A stretch of 27,755 nucleotides of DNA. Origin: an uncultured Gemmatimonadota bacterium. Its GTDB lineage: Bacteria > SM23-81. A program made the translations under genes and the position numbers. Each line of letters starts with the position of its first letter. Position 1 is the first letter of the stretch. Positions 1-9,042 of this stretch are shown here, in pieces. Location: contig CAZOYL010000024.1 in assembly GCA_964584035.1 (NCBI GenBank), positions 1-27,755 of the forward strand. Reading direction: 5' to 3'. Below the pieces are notes generated by a model, which saw nothing but the letters and a program-made list of their open reading frames with translations, searched no databases and was not told the origin of the DNA.

Positions 1-486
1 CACACGCTGACCAAGCTCGCGATCGATCATGAACAGGCCGCCGCCCTCCTTGCCGACCATCTTGAGCTTCTGTACGATCCCGTCGGCGGAGGCTTCCTCC
101 TCGACCTGTTCGGCGACGAACCACTGCAGAAAGTTTTTTGTGGCGTGGTCTTTCTCCTTGATCGCCAGATCAACCAGCTTATCGATCAGGCCGGTGACCT
201 TCTGCTCGTGCTTATAGGCGTCCTGGAAGGCGGCCAGCGGCGAGGCCCATTTGTGAGCCGGTTTGTCTATGGCCTCCAGCCAGACCCGGCCTCCGCGCTC
301 GTTGACATAGTCAAAGATCTTGGTGCCGTGGGTCAGCTCTTCCATCGCCTGAATCCGCATCCAGCTGGAAAAACCTTCCAGGTTGACAGATTCAAAATAG
401 GCCGACATGGCCAGATACAGATAGGCGGAATAATATTCCGCGACCACCTGCTTGTTGAGGGCTGTTTCCATTCTTTTGCTTAACAT
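1..486 (-). CDS. ftnA: Non-heme ferritin, 3' end runs off the window; absent from the ORF track
   Basis: Manual translation from ATG at 486: [32 protein letters not shown]...QAMEELTHG...[10 protein letters not shown]...[17 protein letters not shown]...[11 protein letters not shown]; open to position 1; ferroxidase-type EExxH, HE and EQVEEE motifs; starts 4 nt after the dfx stop. Confidence 0.95.
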   Translation of the reverse strand, partial: MLSKRMETALNKQVVAEYYSAYLYLAMSAYFESVNLEGFSSWMRIQAMEELTHGTKIFDYVNERGGRVWLEAIDKPAHKWASPLAAFQDAYKHEQKVTGLIDKLVDLAIKEKDHATKNFLQWFVAEQVEEEASADGIVQKLKMVGKEGGGLFMIDRELGQRV

Positions 487-490
487 CCTC

Positions 491-868
491 TTATCCCTTC
501 CACAGGCCGTGAACATTGCAGTACTCCCGGGCCGTCACGGTATCGGCATCGATACAGAACACCGCTTCCGGCTTATCTCCGGGCTTCAGGAATTTTCGGT
601 AGACCTTGCCGTCATCGGCGATCACCTGGATCCACTCGATGTAATGTTCCTCAAGCATCGGGTGGGCTACGCTGCCGACCTTGACCTTGAACCCGTCGGC
701 CGTCTTCTCCGCCACCGGGACATGCTTCTCCTGGGCGGCATCGGTGGTGTTCTCACGATACAGCTTCATGGGCTGGCCGCAGCAGACAAGTTCACCGGGG
801 CCCTTGTGCAGCAGCTCGACGATATTGCCGCACTTCTCGCATTTATAGACCTGCAGGCGTTCGGTCAT
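491..868 (-). CDS. dfx: Desulfoferrodoxin (2Fe superoxide reductase)
   Basis: Centre I CEKCGN...CCG; centre II EKHVP, HPMLEEH, CNVHG; ATGA overlap with the catalase stop. Confidence 0.97.
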   Translation of the reverse strand: MTERLQVYKCEKCGNIVELLHKGPGELVCCGQPMKLYRENTTDAAQEKHVPVAEKTADGFKVKVGSVAHPMLEEHYIEWIQVIADDGKVYRKFLKPGDKPEAVFCIDADTVTAREYCNVHGLWKG

Positions 869-2388
869 TTCCGCTCCCTCCTTGCGGTTGCTTTAACCCT
901 CTCCTCCTGGGTCATCTTGGCCAGTTTCTTAACCTCAGCGACGTCCAATCCCAATCCTGACGCGACACGGGACCCATAATCCTCATCTGCCTTGTAAAAC
1001 AGGGCGGCCTGGCGCAACTGAATGTTCTTTTTGGCATGGCCCAGGTGACCGGTGATATTGCCGACCAGGTGATCCCGAGCCTCATCGGTCATCACGGTGC
1101 GGTAGAGATTCCCGGGCTGAACGAAATCATCATCGGTCAGTGCTTCCGGATGGCGGGCAGCCATTCCGGAGACCTCGATGGGCGGCTCTGCCGCTTTGAG
1201 GTCCGCCACCGGACCCTGAAAGCTGTTGGGATTGTAGTTCGGCCCGCCGCCGCCGTTATCGTCCACGCGCATCGATCCATCGCGCTGGTAATTGCTCATC
1301 AACGCGGCCTTGGGCCTGTTGATGGGCAGCAGATGGTAGTTGGGGCCCAGGCGGTAACGGTGCGCATCGTGATAAGCGAAGATACGGCCCTGGAGCATCT
1401 TGTCAGGAGAGGCGGCGATTCCGGGAACGAAGTTGCCCGGGGAGAAGGCGGCCTGCTCAACCTCTGCGAAGTAGTTCTCCGGGTTGCGGTCCAACACCAT
1501 GCGCCCCAGCGGCATGACTGGAAAGTCTCCATGCGGCAGAACCTTGGTGACATCGAATGGATTGAAGCGGTAGCTCTTGGCTTGCTCGGGGGTCATGATC
1601 TGCACCTGCACGTCCCAGGCCGGATGATCGCCTTTCTCGATGGCGTCGAACAGGTCGATGGTGGCATGGTCGGGATTCTTGCCGGCCATCATCGTCGCTT
1701 CCTGATCGGTGAAGTTCTGGATGCCCTGGACCGTCTTGAAATGAAACTTGACCCAAAAATGCTCTCCCTTGTGGTTGTACCACATCATCGCATGGCCGCT
1801 GTAACCGTTCATGTTCCGGTAGCTTTTGGGAGTGCCGCGGTCGGAAAACAGGATCGTGACCTGATGAATGGACTCCGGCGTGAGGGAGAGAAAATCCCAG
1901 AACATGTCCGCATCCTTGGCGTTGGTGCGCGGATTGCGCTTCTGGGTGTGGATAAAATCCGGGAACTTCAGTGGATCACGAATGAAGAAGACCGGGGTGT
2001 TGTTCCCGACCATATCCCAGTTGCCCTCCTCGGTGTAAAACTTCACCGCGAAGCCGCGGGGATCTCGAGCCGCGTCGGCCGAGCCCTTCTCTCCTCCCAC
2101 GGTGGATAAACGGGCAAAGACCTCGGTGCGCTTGCCGATCTCCGACAGGAACCTGGCCCGGGTATATCGGGTCACATCGTGGGTGACCTCGAAATAGCCG
2201 TGAGCGCCGGCTCCCTTGGCATGCACCACGCGCTCCGGAATGCGTTCTCGGTTGAAGTGAGCCAGCTTCTCGACAAAATGGATGTTCTGTATCAAAGCGG
2301 GACCCGGGGAACCGGCGGTGATGAGCTTGTCATCATTGTCCACCGGCTGGCCGAAATTTCTGGTGAGAGTTTTTTTGCTTTTTGCCAA
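865..2388 (-). CDS. katA: Monofunctional small-subunit heme catalase
   Basis: [13 protein letters not shown] (distal His), [25 protein letters not shown] (proximal Tyr); TTG start after AGGAGG. Confidence 0.97.
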   Translation of the reverse strand: MAKSKKTLTRNFGQPVDNDDKLITAGSPGPALIQNIHFVEKLAHFNRERIPERVVHAKGAGAHGYFEVTHDVTRYTRARFLSEIGKRTEVFARLSTVGGEKGSADAARDPRGFAVKFYTEEGNWDMVGNNTPVFFIRDPLKFPDFIHTQKRNPRTNAKDADMFWDFLSLTPESIHQVTILFSDRGTPKSYRNMNGYSGHAMMWYNHKGEHFWVKFHFKTVQGIQNFTDQEATMMAGKNPDHATIDLFDAIEKGDHPAWDVQVQIMTPEQAKSYRFNPFDVTKVLPHGDFPVMPLGRMVLDRNPENYFAEVEQAAFSPGNFVPGIAASPDKMLQGRIFAYHDAHRYRLGPNYHLLPINRPKAALMSNYQRDGSMRVDDNGGGGPNYNPNSFQGPVADLKAAEPPIEVSGMAARHPEALTDDDFVQPGNLYRTVMTDEARDHLVGNITGHLGHAKKNIQLRQAALFYKADEDYGSRVASGLGLDVAEVKKLAKMTQEERVKATARRERK

Positions 2389-2408
2389 TTCGAAGACCTC
2401 CTTTTCAA

Positions 2409-2981
2409 TTACCAGTTCTCACACAGCATCTCAAAGTACGCTTGAGGATGGGCGCAGGCGGGGCACTCTTTCGGCGCCTCGGTTCCCTCATGGAGGTAGC
2501 CGCAGTTCAGGCAGCGCCAGACGACCGCCTTGTCCTTCTTGAAGACCGTGTCATTCTTGACGTTCTTCAGCAGGCCCAGATACCTTTTCTCGTGCTGCTT
2601 CTCGGCCACGGCGATGGACCGGAAGATGGCTGCGATCTCGAGGAAACCTTCCTCTTCGGCGACATCGGCAAAACCGGGGTACATCTGGGTCCACTCGTAA
2701 TTTTCCCCACCGGCCGCCCCCTTGAGATTTTCCGCGGTGGTGCCGATAACACCGGCCGGAAAAGAGGCCTGTATTTCCACCTCACCTCCCTGGAGCTGCT
2801 TGAACAACCGCTTGGCGTGCTCCTTCTCCTGGTTGGCCGTCTCCTCGAAGATGTGAGAGATCTGAACGTAACCCTCCTTCTTCGCCTGGCTGGCAAAATA
2901 GGAATAGCGATTCCTGGCCTGTGATTCTCCGGCGAAGGCGGTCAGCAGGTTTTTTTCGGTCTGAGTACCCTTGAGGGCCAT
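2409..2981 (-). CDS. rbr: Rubrerythrin
   Basis: [17 protein letters not shown] and EKQH diiron motifs; C-terminal WRCLNCGY...CPACAHP rubredoxin-like domain. Confidence 0.97.
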   Translation of the reverse strand: MALKGTQTEKNLLTAFAGESQARNRYSYFASQAKKEGYVQISHIFEETANQEKEHAKRLFKQLQGGEVEIQASFPAGVIGTTAENLKGAAGGENYEWTQMYPGFADVAEEEGFLEIAAIFRSIAVAEKQHEKRYLGLLKNVKNDTVFKKDKAVVWRCLNCGYLHEGTEAPKECPACAHPQAYFEMLCENW

Positions 2982-2996
2982 TTTCTACCTCCTTTG

Positions 2997-4256
2997 CTAT
3001 TCGTTCGTTTCCTCTACGCTTTCGATGGTATAACCCAGCCCCTCGATGCTGTCCCGGAGCTGCGACATATCAAGCCGGTCTCCGGTCACTCCGGCAGTGC
3101 CATTTTTGAGATCGACCTCCACGGATTGCACCCCACGAACCCCGGAAAGAGCCCGCCGTATGCTTTGAACACAGTGCTGGCAGGTCATCCCGGAGATGGA
3201 GAAAGTGATCATGGGAGCCTCCTGAAACCGGGGTACACCCCGCCTGTCCGGGCGTGTCGGCCGCCAGACGGCGACCGCCAGCACGGCCAGCAGCACCACC
3301 GCCGAAACCGTCTTGAGAGACTCCGGCAGCATCCCGGGCATGGCGGCGGTGATCGTCGCTCCTTGAAACCGGAAAATATAATCGAGAAACAACCCCGAGG
3401 CAAGCGCGGTGATGGCCACAGTGAGCAGATACGTGATGGCCGTTCGCCGGCCCATGATCTTCCAGATGGTGGCGATGGCAGCAGCATTAGTGGCCGGTCC
3501 GGTCAGCAGGAAAACCAGTGCCGCGCCCGGAGACACCCCTTTGGCAATCAGCGCCGCAGCTACGGGAACCGAGGCGGTGGCACACACGTAAATGGGTATG
3601 CCGACCAGCATCATGATGATCATGGCCCCGATCCCGGCCCCCAGGACTCCGGCCAGGTAATCGTCCGGAATGAAGGCGGAGATCAACCCGGCGACGATCA
3701 ATCCGATCAGCAGAGCTTTACCGATATCGCGGGGCAAGGACACAAATCCATAGCGTAGAATACGGCCAAAACGGTTGCCGCTTTTTACCTCGGAACAGCA
3801 CTCGCTGGTGCAGGCCGGGGCCGGTTCCCGGGCGGCTTGATGACCTTCCAGAAGACTCGTCAGGGAGCCCCCCAGGAGGCCGGTCACCAATGCCGCCAGA
3901 GGTCGAAACACGGCGAAAACGGGCCCGAGAAGACTGAAGGTGACCATGATGCTGTCCACGCCTGTCTGAGGGGTGGACAGCAAAAAAGCGGTGGTGGCCC
4001 CTCGGCTGGCCCCGTGCTGGCGCAATGATGCCGCCACGGGAATGACCCCGCATGAACAGAGGGGCAGAGGAATGCCGAAAAGGGTGGCTTTGACCACCGG
4101 CCAGGCGCCCTTGCCTCCCAGATGCCGTTCCACGATCTGTGCCGAGATGACGACCGACAGCACGCCGGCGACGAAGAAACCCAGCAGCAGGTATGGAGCC
4201 ATCTCGCTGAGGATATGCCAGAACTCTATGAGGACATTTTTAAGGACACTAAACAT
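2997..4256 (-). CDS. SO_0444/DUF318-type metal permease with C-terminal HMA domain
   Basis: Multiple TM segments; PLPLCSCGVIP, STPQTGVDS, YVCATAS, GPATNAA; CTSECC loop; C-terminal GMTCQHC. Confidence 0.88.
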   Translation of the reverse strand: MFSVLKNVLIEFWHILSEMAPYLLLGFFVAGVLSVVISAQIVERHLGGKGAWPVVKATLFGIPLPLCSCGVIPVAASLRQHGASRGATTAFLLSTPQTGVDSIMVTFSLLGPVFAVFRPLAALVTGLLGGSLTSLLEGHQAAREPAPACTSECCSEVKSGNRFGRILRYGFVSLPRDIGKALLIGLIVAGLISAFIPDDYLAGVLGAGIGAMIIMMLVGIPIYVCATASVPVAAALIAKGVSPGAALVFLLTGPATNAAAIATIWKIMGRRTAITYLLTVAITALASGLFLDYIFRFQGATITAAMPGMLPESLKTVSAVVLLAVLAVAVWRPTRPDRRGVPRFQEAPMITFSISGMTCQHCVQSIRRALSGVRGVQSVEVDLKNGTAGVTGDRLDMSQLRDSIEGLGYTIESVEETNE

Positions 4257-4363
4257 ACGAAATTCTCTCTAAAAAATCCACTGGAAAATGGCTCGCTGCC
4301 CCGGGATGATGATCGGCAAACCGAAAAGGATGGCGCTGTTCAGCAGCAGATGCCGAGATCACC

Positions 4364-4777
4364 TTAGGCCACCTCGTCTCCTTCTTTTCCCTGGCAGGCC
4401 GGGCAAATTCCCATGAACTCGACACAGCGGCCGATGAGGCGGTAGCCGGTCGTCTCTTTGATGGCCTGTTCGCATGGATCGACTGGATCGATGAGGACAT
4501 CATCGACCCGTCCACAGCTCAGGCAGCGAATATGAGCATGTTCCTCGATACAATGGTCGAACCGCATCTGAGATCCGCCCAGTTGGATCTTCTTGATAAC
4601 CCCGTTTGCGGAGAGAATCTCCAGATTACGGTAGATGGTGCCCAGGCTGATACGAGGCAGTTTTCTGCGAACCCAATGGTAGACCTCGTCGGCGGTCGGA
4701 TGAGTGCATGATGACCTGACCATCTGAAGAATCACTTTTCTCTGTTTTGACATCCTCATTTTATTGTTGGACAGCAA
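4364..4777 (-). CDS. Fur-family repressor, PerR-like by context; start revised to TTG 4777 (ATG 4789 or 4759 possible)
   Basis: RMSKQR, HPTADEVY, ISLGTIYRNL, HAHIRCLSCG, CPAC; GGAGG 5 nt before TTG at 4777; the ORF-track start at 4846 falls in the -35 box. Confidence 0.9.
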   Translation of the reverse strand: MLSNNKMRMSKQRKVILQMVRSSCTHPTADEVYHWVRRKLPRISLGTIYRNLEILSANGVIKKIQLGGSQMRFDHCIEEHAHIRCLSCGRVDDVLIDPVDPCEQAIKETTGYRLIGRCVEFMGICPACQGKEGDEVA

Positions 4778-4787
4778 GTTGTCCTCC

Positions 4788-4822
4788 ATATTAGTAATAA
4801 TAACGATAACAATTACTAATAT
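4788..4822. promoter_or_regulatory. Probable Fur/PerR operator: perfect 11-bp inverted repeat
   Basis: ATATTAGTAAT (4788-4798), 13-nt AT-rich spacer, ATTACTAATAT (4812-4822); overlaps the -10 box and predicted TSS. Confidence 0.75.
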
Positions 4823-4846
4823 AATACAGGACCTGACCTTTGTCAA
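4818..4846 (-). promoter_or_regulatory. Sigma70-type promoter of the oxidative stress operon
   Basis: TTGACA (4846-4841), 17 nt, TATATT (4823-4818). Confidence 0.8.
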
Positions 4847-4882
4847 GACTTTTTTCTGACTGTGGCCCGGAGGCTCCCTCAG

Positions 4883-5839
4883 CTATCCTCCATAGTCCAG
4901 TTTTTTCAGGTACTTGAGATAATCACTGTCGGTGGTCAGAATCAGCCAGGTGTTCTCGTCCAGGGTTTTCTCATAGGTCTCCAGCGTTTTGACGAAGGAG
5001 TAAAATTCAGGATCTTTGTTATAGGCCCCGGCGTAGATCCGGGTGGCCTCGGCATCCCCCCGGCCCTTGATCTGCTGGGCCTCTTTATAGGCCTGGGAGA
5101 GAATGGTTTTCAACTGAATTTCTTTGTCTCCCAGGATCTTTGATTTCTCGCCTTCGCCCTGCGAACGATACTGGGCGGCCATCTGCAGGCGCTCGGCGAT
5201 CATTCTCTCGAACACCCGATCCCGGACGCTCTCGACATAATTGATGCGCTTGATGCGCACATCCACCAGCTCGATCCCCAGAGCCAGGCTCTTTTGAGCC
5301 GCATCCAGCAGTATGGCCCGGGTGATGTTCTCCCGGCCGACCTCGATCTCCTCCACCTCCTTCTGCACCCGGACCTCCTCCCCTCCCGAGCTGACCTCGG
5401 TGGTGAACATCGACCGGTTGGTGTTCCGCACCACCTCGATGAGCGAGTTATCGGCAATGCTGTTGCGCACAGCCCCCTCGATGATATTGTCCAGCTTCGA
5501 CTGGGCGATGGCTTCGCTGCCCTCCACCGACTCCAAAAAGGCCAGCGGGCTGACGATCTTCCAGCGAGCGCAGGTGTCCACCCAGATGTACTTTTTATCC
5601 AATGTGGGAATTCGGGTGGGACGGCCGTCCCACTGCAAAAGCCGTTTATCAAAGGTCATCACCTGTTGAATCAACGGTATCTTGATGTTGATCCCAGGCT
5701 CGACCGCCTCCCGAATGGGCTTGCCGAATTGGACCACCACGGCCTGCTGTGTCTGATCGACGATGAAGACGGCATTGATCAAAACGAGCAGCATGATGAC
5801 CCCGAGGATGCCGATCAGAACGACTTTATTGGGTTTCAT
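4883..5839 (-). CDS. hflC: Protease modulator HflC (SPFH); start revised to MKPNKVV
   Basis: N-terminal TM; FIVDQTQQAVVVQFGKP, VDVRIKRI, RMIAERLQMAAQYRSQGEG, DPEFYSF; ATGA overlap with hflK stop. Confidence 0.93.
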   Translation of the reverse strand: MKPNKVVLIGILGVIMLLVLINAVFIVDQTQQAVVVQFGKPIREAVEPGINIKIPLIQQVMTFDKRLLQWDGRPTRIPTLDKKYIWVDTCARWKIVSPLAFLESVEGSEAIAQSKLDNIIEGAVRNSIADNSLIEVVRNTNRSMFTTEVSSGGEEVRVQKEVEEIEVGRENITRAILLDAAQKSLALGIELVDVRIKRINYVESVRDRVFERMIAERLQMAAQYRSQGEGEKSKILGDKEIQLKTILSQAYKEAQQIKGRGDAEATRIYAGAYNKDPEFYSFVKTLETYEKTLDENTWLILTTDSDYLKYLKKLDYGG

Positions 5840-6834
5840 TTGGCACCTCTTTCCAGAGGATTGATACCCAGCAGAGGCATCAATCCCTCTACTCCATCGT
5901 CGATGAGATATTTGTTCTGCATCCTGGGAATCACACGGGAAAGCGTCTCCAGATACATCCGCCTCCTGGTCACGTTCTTGGCTTTGCGGTACTCTTCCCA
6001 CAGCGCCGTGAATTTCTGGGCATCCCCATTGGCTTCGTTGACTCTCTCGACCGCATAGCCCTCGGCCTCTTTGACCACCTTCTCCGCCTCACCCTCCGCC
6101 CGGGGAACGACCTCGTTATATTCGCGCCGGGCCTCCTGGATCAGCCGGTCCTTATCCTGCATGGCCGAGTTGACTTCATCAAAAGCCGGTTTGACCTTAT
6201 CCGGCGGATTCACGTCTTGAAGGGCCACCAGAATAACCTGGATGCCCAGGCCGTAGGAATCCAGGATGGACTGCATCCGCTCTCTGACCACATCGGTGAT
6301 ATCCAGCTTACCGAAGGTCATGACTTCATCGATGCTGCTGTCGCCGACGCTGAGCCTCATGGCCACCTCGGCGATATCCCTGATGGTCTCCTCGGCCTCC
6401 CGAACGTTGAACAAGAAAGCGATAGGATCCTCGATCTTGTACTGAATGATCCATTCCACCACGCCCACATTCAGATCGCCGGTCAGCATGAGGGATTCGT
6501 CGGAATAACCGGTTTTACGGATTTGCGTCAGAACGCCGGGTTTCACGGTCCGGAAACCGAACTCCTGAGTGAAATTTCTCTTGACCTTTGGTTTCTGAAC
6601 CGTCTCGACGCCAAAGGGCCATTTCATGTGCAGCCCGGGCGAGGTCGTTCTGACATAGCGTCCGAACCGGCGAATGATCCCGACCTCATCGGCCCCCACC
6701 TTGTAGAAGGTGGTGAATAACAAAACCAGGCCGGCGACGGCCAGAAGGATGAACCCTGTCGACCTTGGGCCTACCGGCGGCATTTTGAAATCCCTGTCGC
6801 CCAAAACAACCTTTTTACCGTCCTCAAAATCCAT
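5836..6834 (-). CDS. hflK: FtsH modulator HflK; start revised to MDFEDGKK
   Basis: RRFGRY..PGLHMKWPFGVE, MLTGDLN, LQDVNPPDKVKPAFDEV, VPRAEGEA, TRRRMYLETL; GGGAGGT RBS before ATG 6834. Confidence 0.93.
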   Translation of the reverse strand: MDFEDGKKVVLGDRDFKMPPVGPRSTGFILLAVAGLVLLFTTFYKVGADEVGIIRRFGRYVRTTSPGLHMKWPFGVETVQKPKVKRNFTQEFGFRTVKPGVLTQIRKTGYSDESLMLTGDLNVGVVEWIIQYKIEDPIAFLFNVREAEETIRDIAEVAMRLSVGDSSIDEVMTFGKLDITDVVRERMQSILDSYGLGIQVILVALQDVNPPDKVKPAFDEVNSAMQDKDRLIQEARREYNEVVPRAEGEAEKVVKEAEGYAVERVNEANGDAQKFTALWEEYRKAKNVTRRRMYLETLSRVIPRMQNKYLIDDGVEGLMPLLGINPLERGAK

Positions 6835-6869
6835 CGCTGACACCTCCCTTTCCTGACGGAGACAGCTCT

Positions 6870-6911
6870 CTATGAACCAGCACCTGTGAACCACCATCTG
6901 TGAACCACCGC
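6870..6911. repeat. Three imperfect 14-bp direct repeats in the hflK leader
   Basis: ctatgaaccagcac / ctgtgaaccaccat / ctgtgaaccaccgc. Confidence 0.7.
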
Positions 6912-6922
6912 CCACCCCTCAC

Positions 6923-6950
6923 ATAATACGGAGGTGCGATATAAAGTCAA
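6923..6950 (-). promoter_or_regulatory. Putative sigma70 promoter of hflKC
   Basis: TTGACT, 16 nt, TATTAT on the minus strand. Confidence 0.55.
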
Positions 6951-7107
6951 GGAAAAACGGAAACATCACCCGCCGCCCATTGATATCTCTCCGCCGGTTC
7001 ATGGAAGGCCATGTTCAGGAAAATGATGGAAACAGCATCGTCCCGCCGCACACAACCTGTTCTATCGAGAACCTTTGGTACTTGTAACGTCAATGGTGCC
7101 TCTACCT

Positions 7108-7144
7108 AAAAAAAGGCGAAACTCATGTAAAAATGAGTCTCGCC
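7108..7144 (-). terminator. Intrinsic terminator closing the third ECF unit
   Basis: Minus strand GGCGAGACTCAT-loop-ATGAGTTTCGCC followed by T7. Confidence 0.85.
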
Positions 7145-7180
7145 TCTCGATCCGTCGACCATCCGGGAATCAGGCTTCTG

Positions 7181-7368
7181 CTATTTCAAGGCCTCGGTTT
7201 CGGCAACGGCCAGCTCAACTTTGATCCACAGTTCCAGACGTTCCGGTACCTCGCCGCCGGGTCCCCGAGCACCGGGACCACCGCCACCGCGACCACCGTC
7301 AGCAGGCATGCCGCCGCCATGAAGAAACAGGCGACCGTCCAGATAAACAGAATGTTTTGCCAGCGCAT
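7181..7368 (-). pseudogene. Probable internally deleted/frameshifted exported-protein gene (alternatively a 60-aa membrane peptide, 7186-7368)
   Basis: AAGGAG RBS, then ATG 7368 gives a signal-like MRWQNILFIWTVACFF; a shifted frame gives GGGMPADGGRGGGGPGARGPGGEVPERLELWIKVELAVAETEALK* with TAG at 7181-7183. Confidence 0.55.
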
Positions 7369-7397
7369 TTCAGCGATCTCCTTTTTGATCACCAAGC

Positions 7398-7436
7398 GAC
7401 ATGGGGGTGATCCCGCCAAATGGGCACCCCCATGTC
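7398..7436. other. Strong intergenic hairpin without a U-tract
   Basis: GACATGGGGGTG (7398-7409) / CACCCCCATGTC (7425-7436), perfect 12-bp stem. Confidence 0.75.
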
Positions 7437-7469
7437 ATCGTACCGCGCCGTCTGAGGTATCGCCTGGAT

Positions 7470-9023
7470 TTATTTGAGCAGCACCATCCGGTTGGTCACG
7501 GCGTGCCCTCCGGCCTGGATACGATAGAAATACACGCCGCTGGCCACCGGCTGGCCGTTCTGATGGAGACCATCCCAACGGACGCTGTAGCTGCCCTGGC
7601 GCTGATAGCCGACATCATAAGTGCGCACGAGCTGTCCGGAAATGTTGTAGATCTGTACCTTGACGTCATCCGACAGACCCAGGGTATAGTTGATCTGTGT
7701 CTCCGGATTGGCCGGGTTGGGATAGTTCTGGGCTCGAATGGGAGCCATGTCGGATGCCCCGGCGGGTGACAGCTCCCCGCTTTCGTCGGGCGGCTCGATG
7801 CCGAAATCACCCAGCATATCCGTGACCGCCTCGCAGATTTCCTCGCGGGAAGCGCCGGCTAGCCATAGATCGAGAATCGTGCTGCGGAGCGTTGCTCTCT
7901 GCTCGCCGGTCAGCTCGATGTCGGGATCCGGGATCTCAATTCCGAACTCGCTCATCAAGTTCTGGACGGCCTCGCGGATCTCCTCGGGAGAAGCCTCCTG
8001 CTGCCGAAGCGACCGGATGGTCTCATGCAATGTCTCCCGCTGCTCCCGGGTCAGAGGAGGCTTCAGGCAAGCCTGAATGTTCGGTAAAGGGGCTCTGCCA
8101 TGAATGCCATGACCGGATTCATGCCCCATCGGTCCCGGCCCGCGTTCAGGCATCTCAATTCCAAAAACCTCAAGTTGCTGGGCCACGGCGGAGCGGAGCT
8201 CCTCACGGGTGGCGCCACCTGTCCACAGCTCGAAGATGACAGCGTGGAGGGCTTGACGCTGTTCCTGGGTCAGCTCCGGCGGCGGATCCGGCAATTCGAT
8301 GCCCCACTCGGAGAGCTTTCCTTCCACCGCGGCCCTGATCTCATCGTGCGAAGCGCCCTGCTGACGCAACTCACTTATCAGCTGGTGGATCTCCTCTCTT
8401 TGCTCCTCGTTGAGCTGGTCAAGAATGCCCCGGAGAAAATGACCACCATGACCCATTTCGCGCCCGGGTCCGCCATGCTCCGGCGGCTCGATGCCCCACT
8501 CCTGGAGCAGTCCGGCCACAGCCTGGTGAATCTCCATCTGGGAGGCTCCATCCCGCCACATCTGCAGCATGGTCGAGTGAAGGGTGGCCCGCTGATCCTC
8601 GGTCAAATTATCTCCGAAGCCTTCACGGCCGCCTTCACGGCCGCCTTCACGGTCGCCTTCACGGCCGCCTTCACGGTCGCCTTCACGGCCGCCTTCCCGA
8701 TCGCCTTCCCGACCACCCTGACCACCCCGTCGGCCGCCAGGTCCGCCGGGGCGTTCCGGCATCTCGATGCCCCACTCGGCAAACAGCTCGGAGATGGCTT
8801 CGTGGATTTCCTCACGACCGGCTCCCGCAGCCCGCATCTCTTCCATCAGATCGCGGACCGTCTCGCGCTGCTCATCGGTCAGGTTGGAGAAAAATCCCCT
8901 TTCCGAACCGCCGCCATGATGCCCGCCGAAAGGCTGGGCCCAGAGAGCGCCCGTCAGGCTCAACAGCAGGGACCCGCTCAACAGGATCGATAATGCCACG
9001 AGTACGAGATTGAAGCGTTTCAT
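7470..9023 (-). CDS. Secreted protein with six LTxxQ helical repeats and a C-terminal FlgD-Ig/T9SS type A-like domain
   Basis: Signal peptide (ALWA|Q); six ~42-aa L[T/N]xxQR...GIExP units; C-terminus QNYPNPANPETQINY...IYNISGQLVR...WDG...VASGVYFYRI...MVLLK; GGAGG RBS. Confidence 0.88.
   Translation of the reverse strand: MKRFNLVLVALSILLSGSLLLSLTGALWAQPFGGHHGGGSERGFFSNLTDEQRETVRDLMEEMRAAGAGREEIHEAISELFAEWGIEMPERPGGPGGRRGGQGGREGDREGGREGDREGGREGDREGGREGGREGFGDNLTEDQRATLHSTMLQMWRDGASQMEIHQAVAGLLQEWGIEPPEHGGPGREMGHGGHFLRGILDQLNEEQREEIHQLISELRQQGASHDEIRAAVEGKLSEWGIELPDPPPELTQEQRQALHAVIFELWTGGATREELRSAVAQQLEVFGIEMPERGPGPMGHESGHGIHGRAPLPNIQACLKPPLTREQRETLHETIRSLRQQEASPEEIREAVQNLMSEFGIEIPDPDIELTGEQRATLRSTILDLWLAGASREEICEAVTDMLGDFGIEPPDESGELSPAGASDMAPIRAQNYPNPANPETQINYTLGLSDDVKVQIYNISGQLVRTYDVGYQRQGSYSVRWDGLHQNGQPVASGVYFYRIQAGGHAVTNRMVLLK
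8619..8714. repeat. In-frame 12-bp tandem repeat, 8 units, encoding (G/D)REG
   Basis: gccttcacggcc / gccttcacggtc / gccttcccgatc variants every 12 bp from 8619. Confidence 0.95.
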
Positions 9024-9042
9024 CGTTTTACCTCCTGTTCGG

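Noticed and set aside
4257..4363. Possible NiCo (czcD) riboswitch before the metal permease (CTGAACAG...GCCG...GGCAGC on the minus strand)
   Set aside because: No closing P1 partner or UGGGACAG-like 3' junction, and I could not build the four-way junction; an Rfam scan would settle it.
8619..8714. Repeat array as a possible CRISPR
   Set aside because: 12-bp head-to-tail units with no spacers, in frame within a CDS, and no cas genes.
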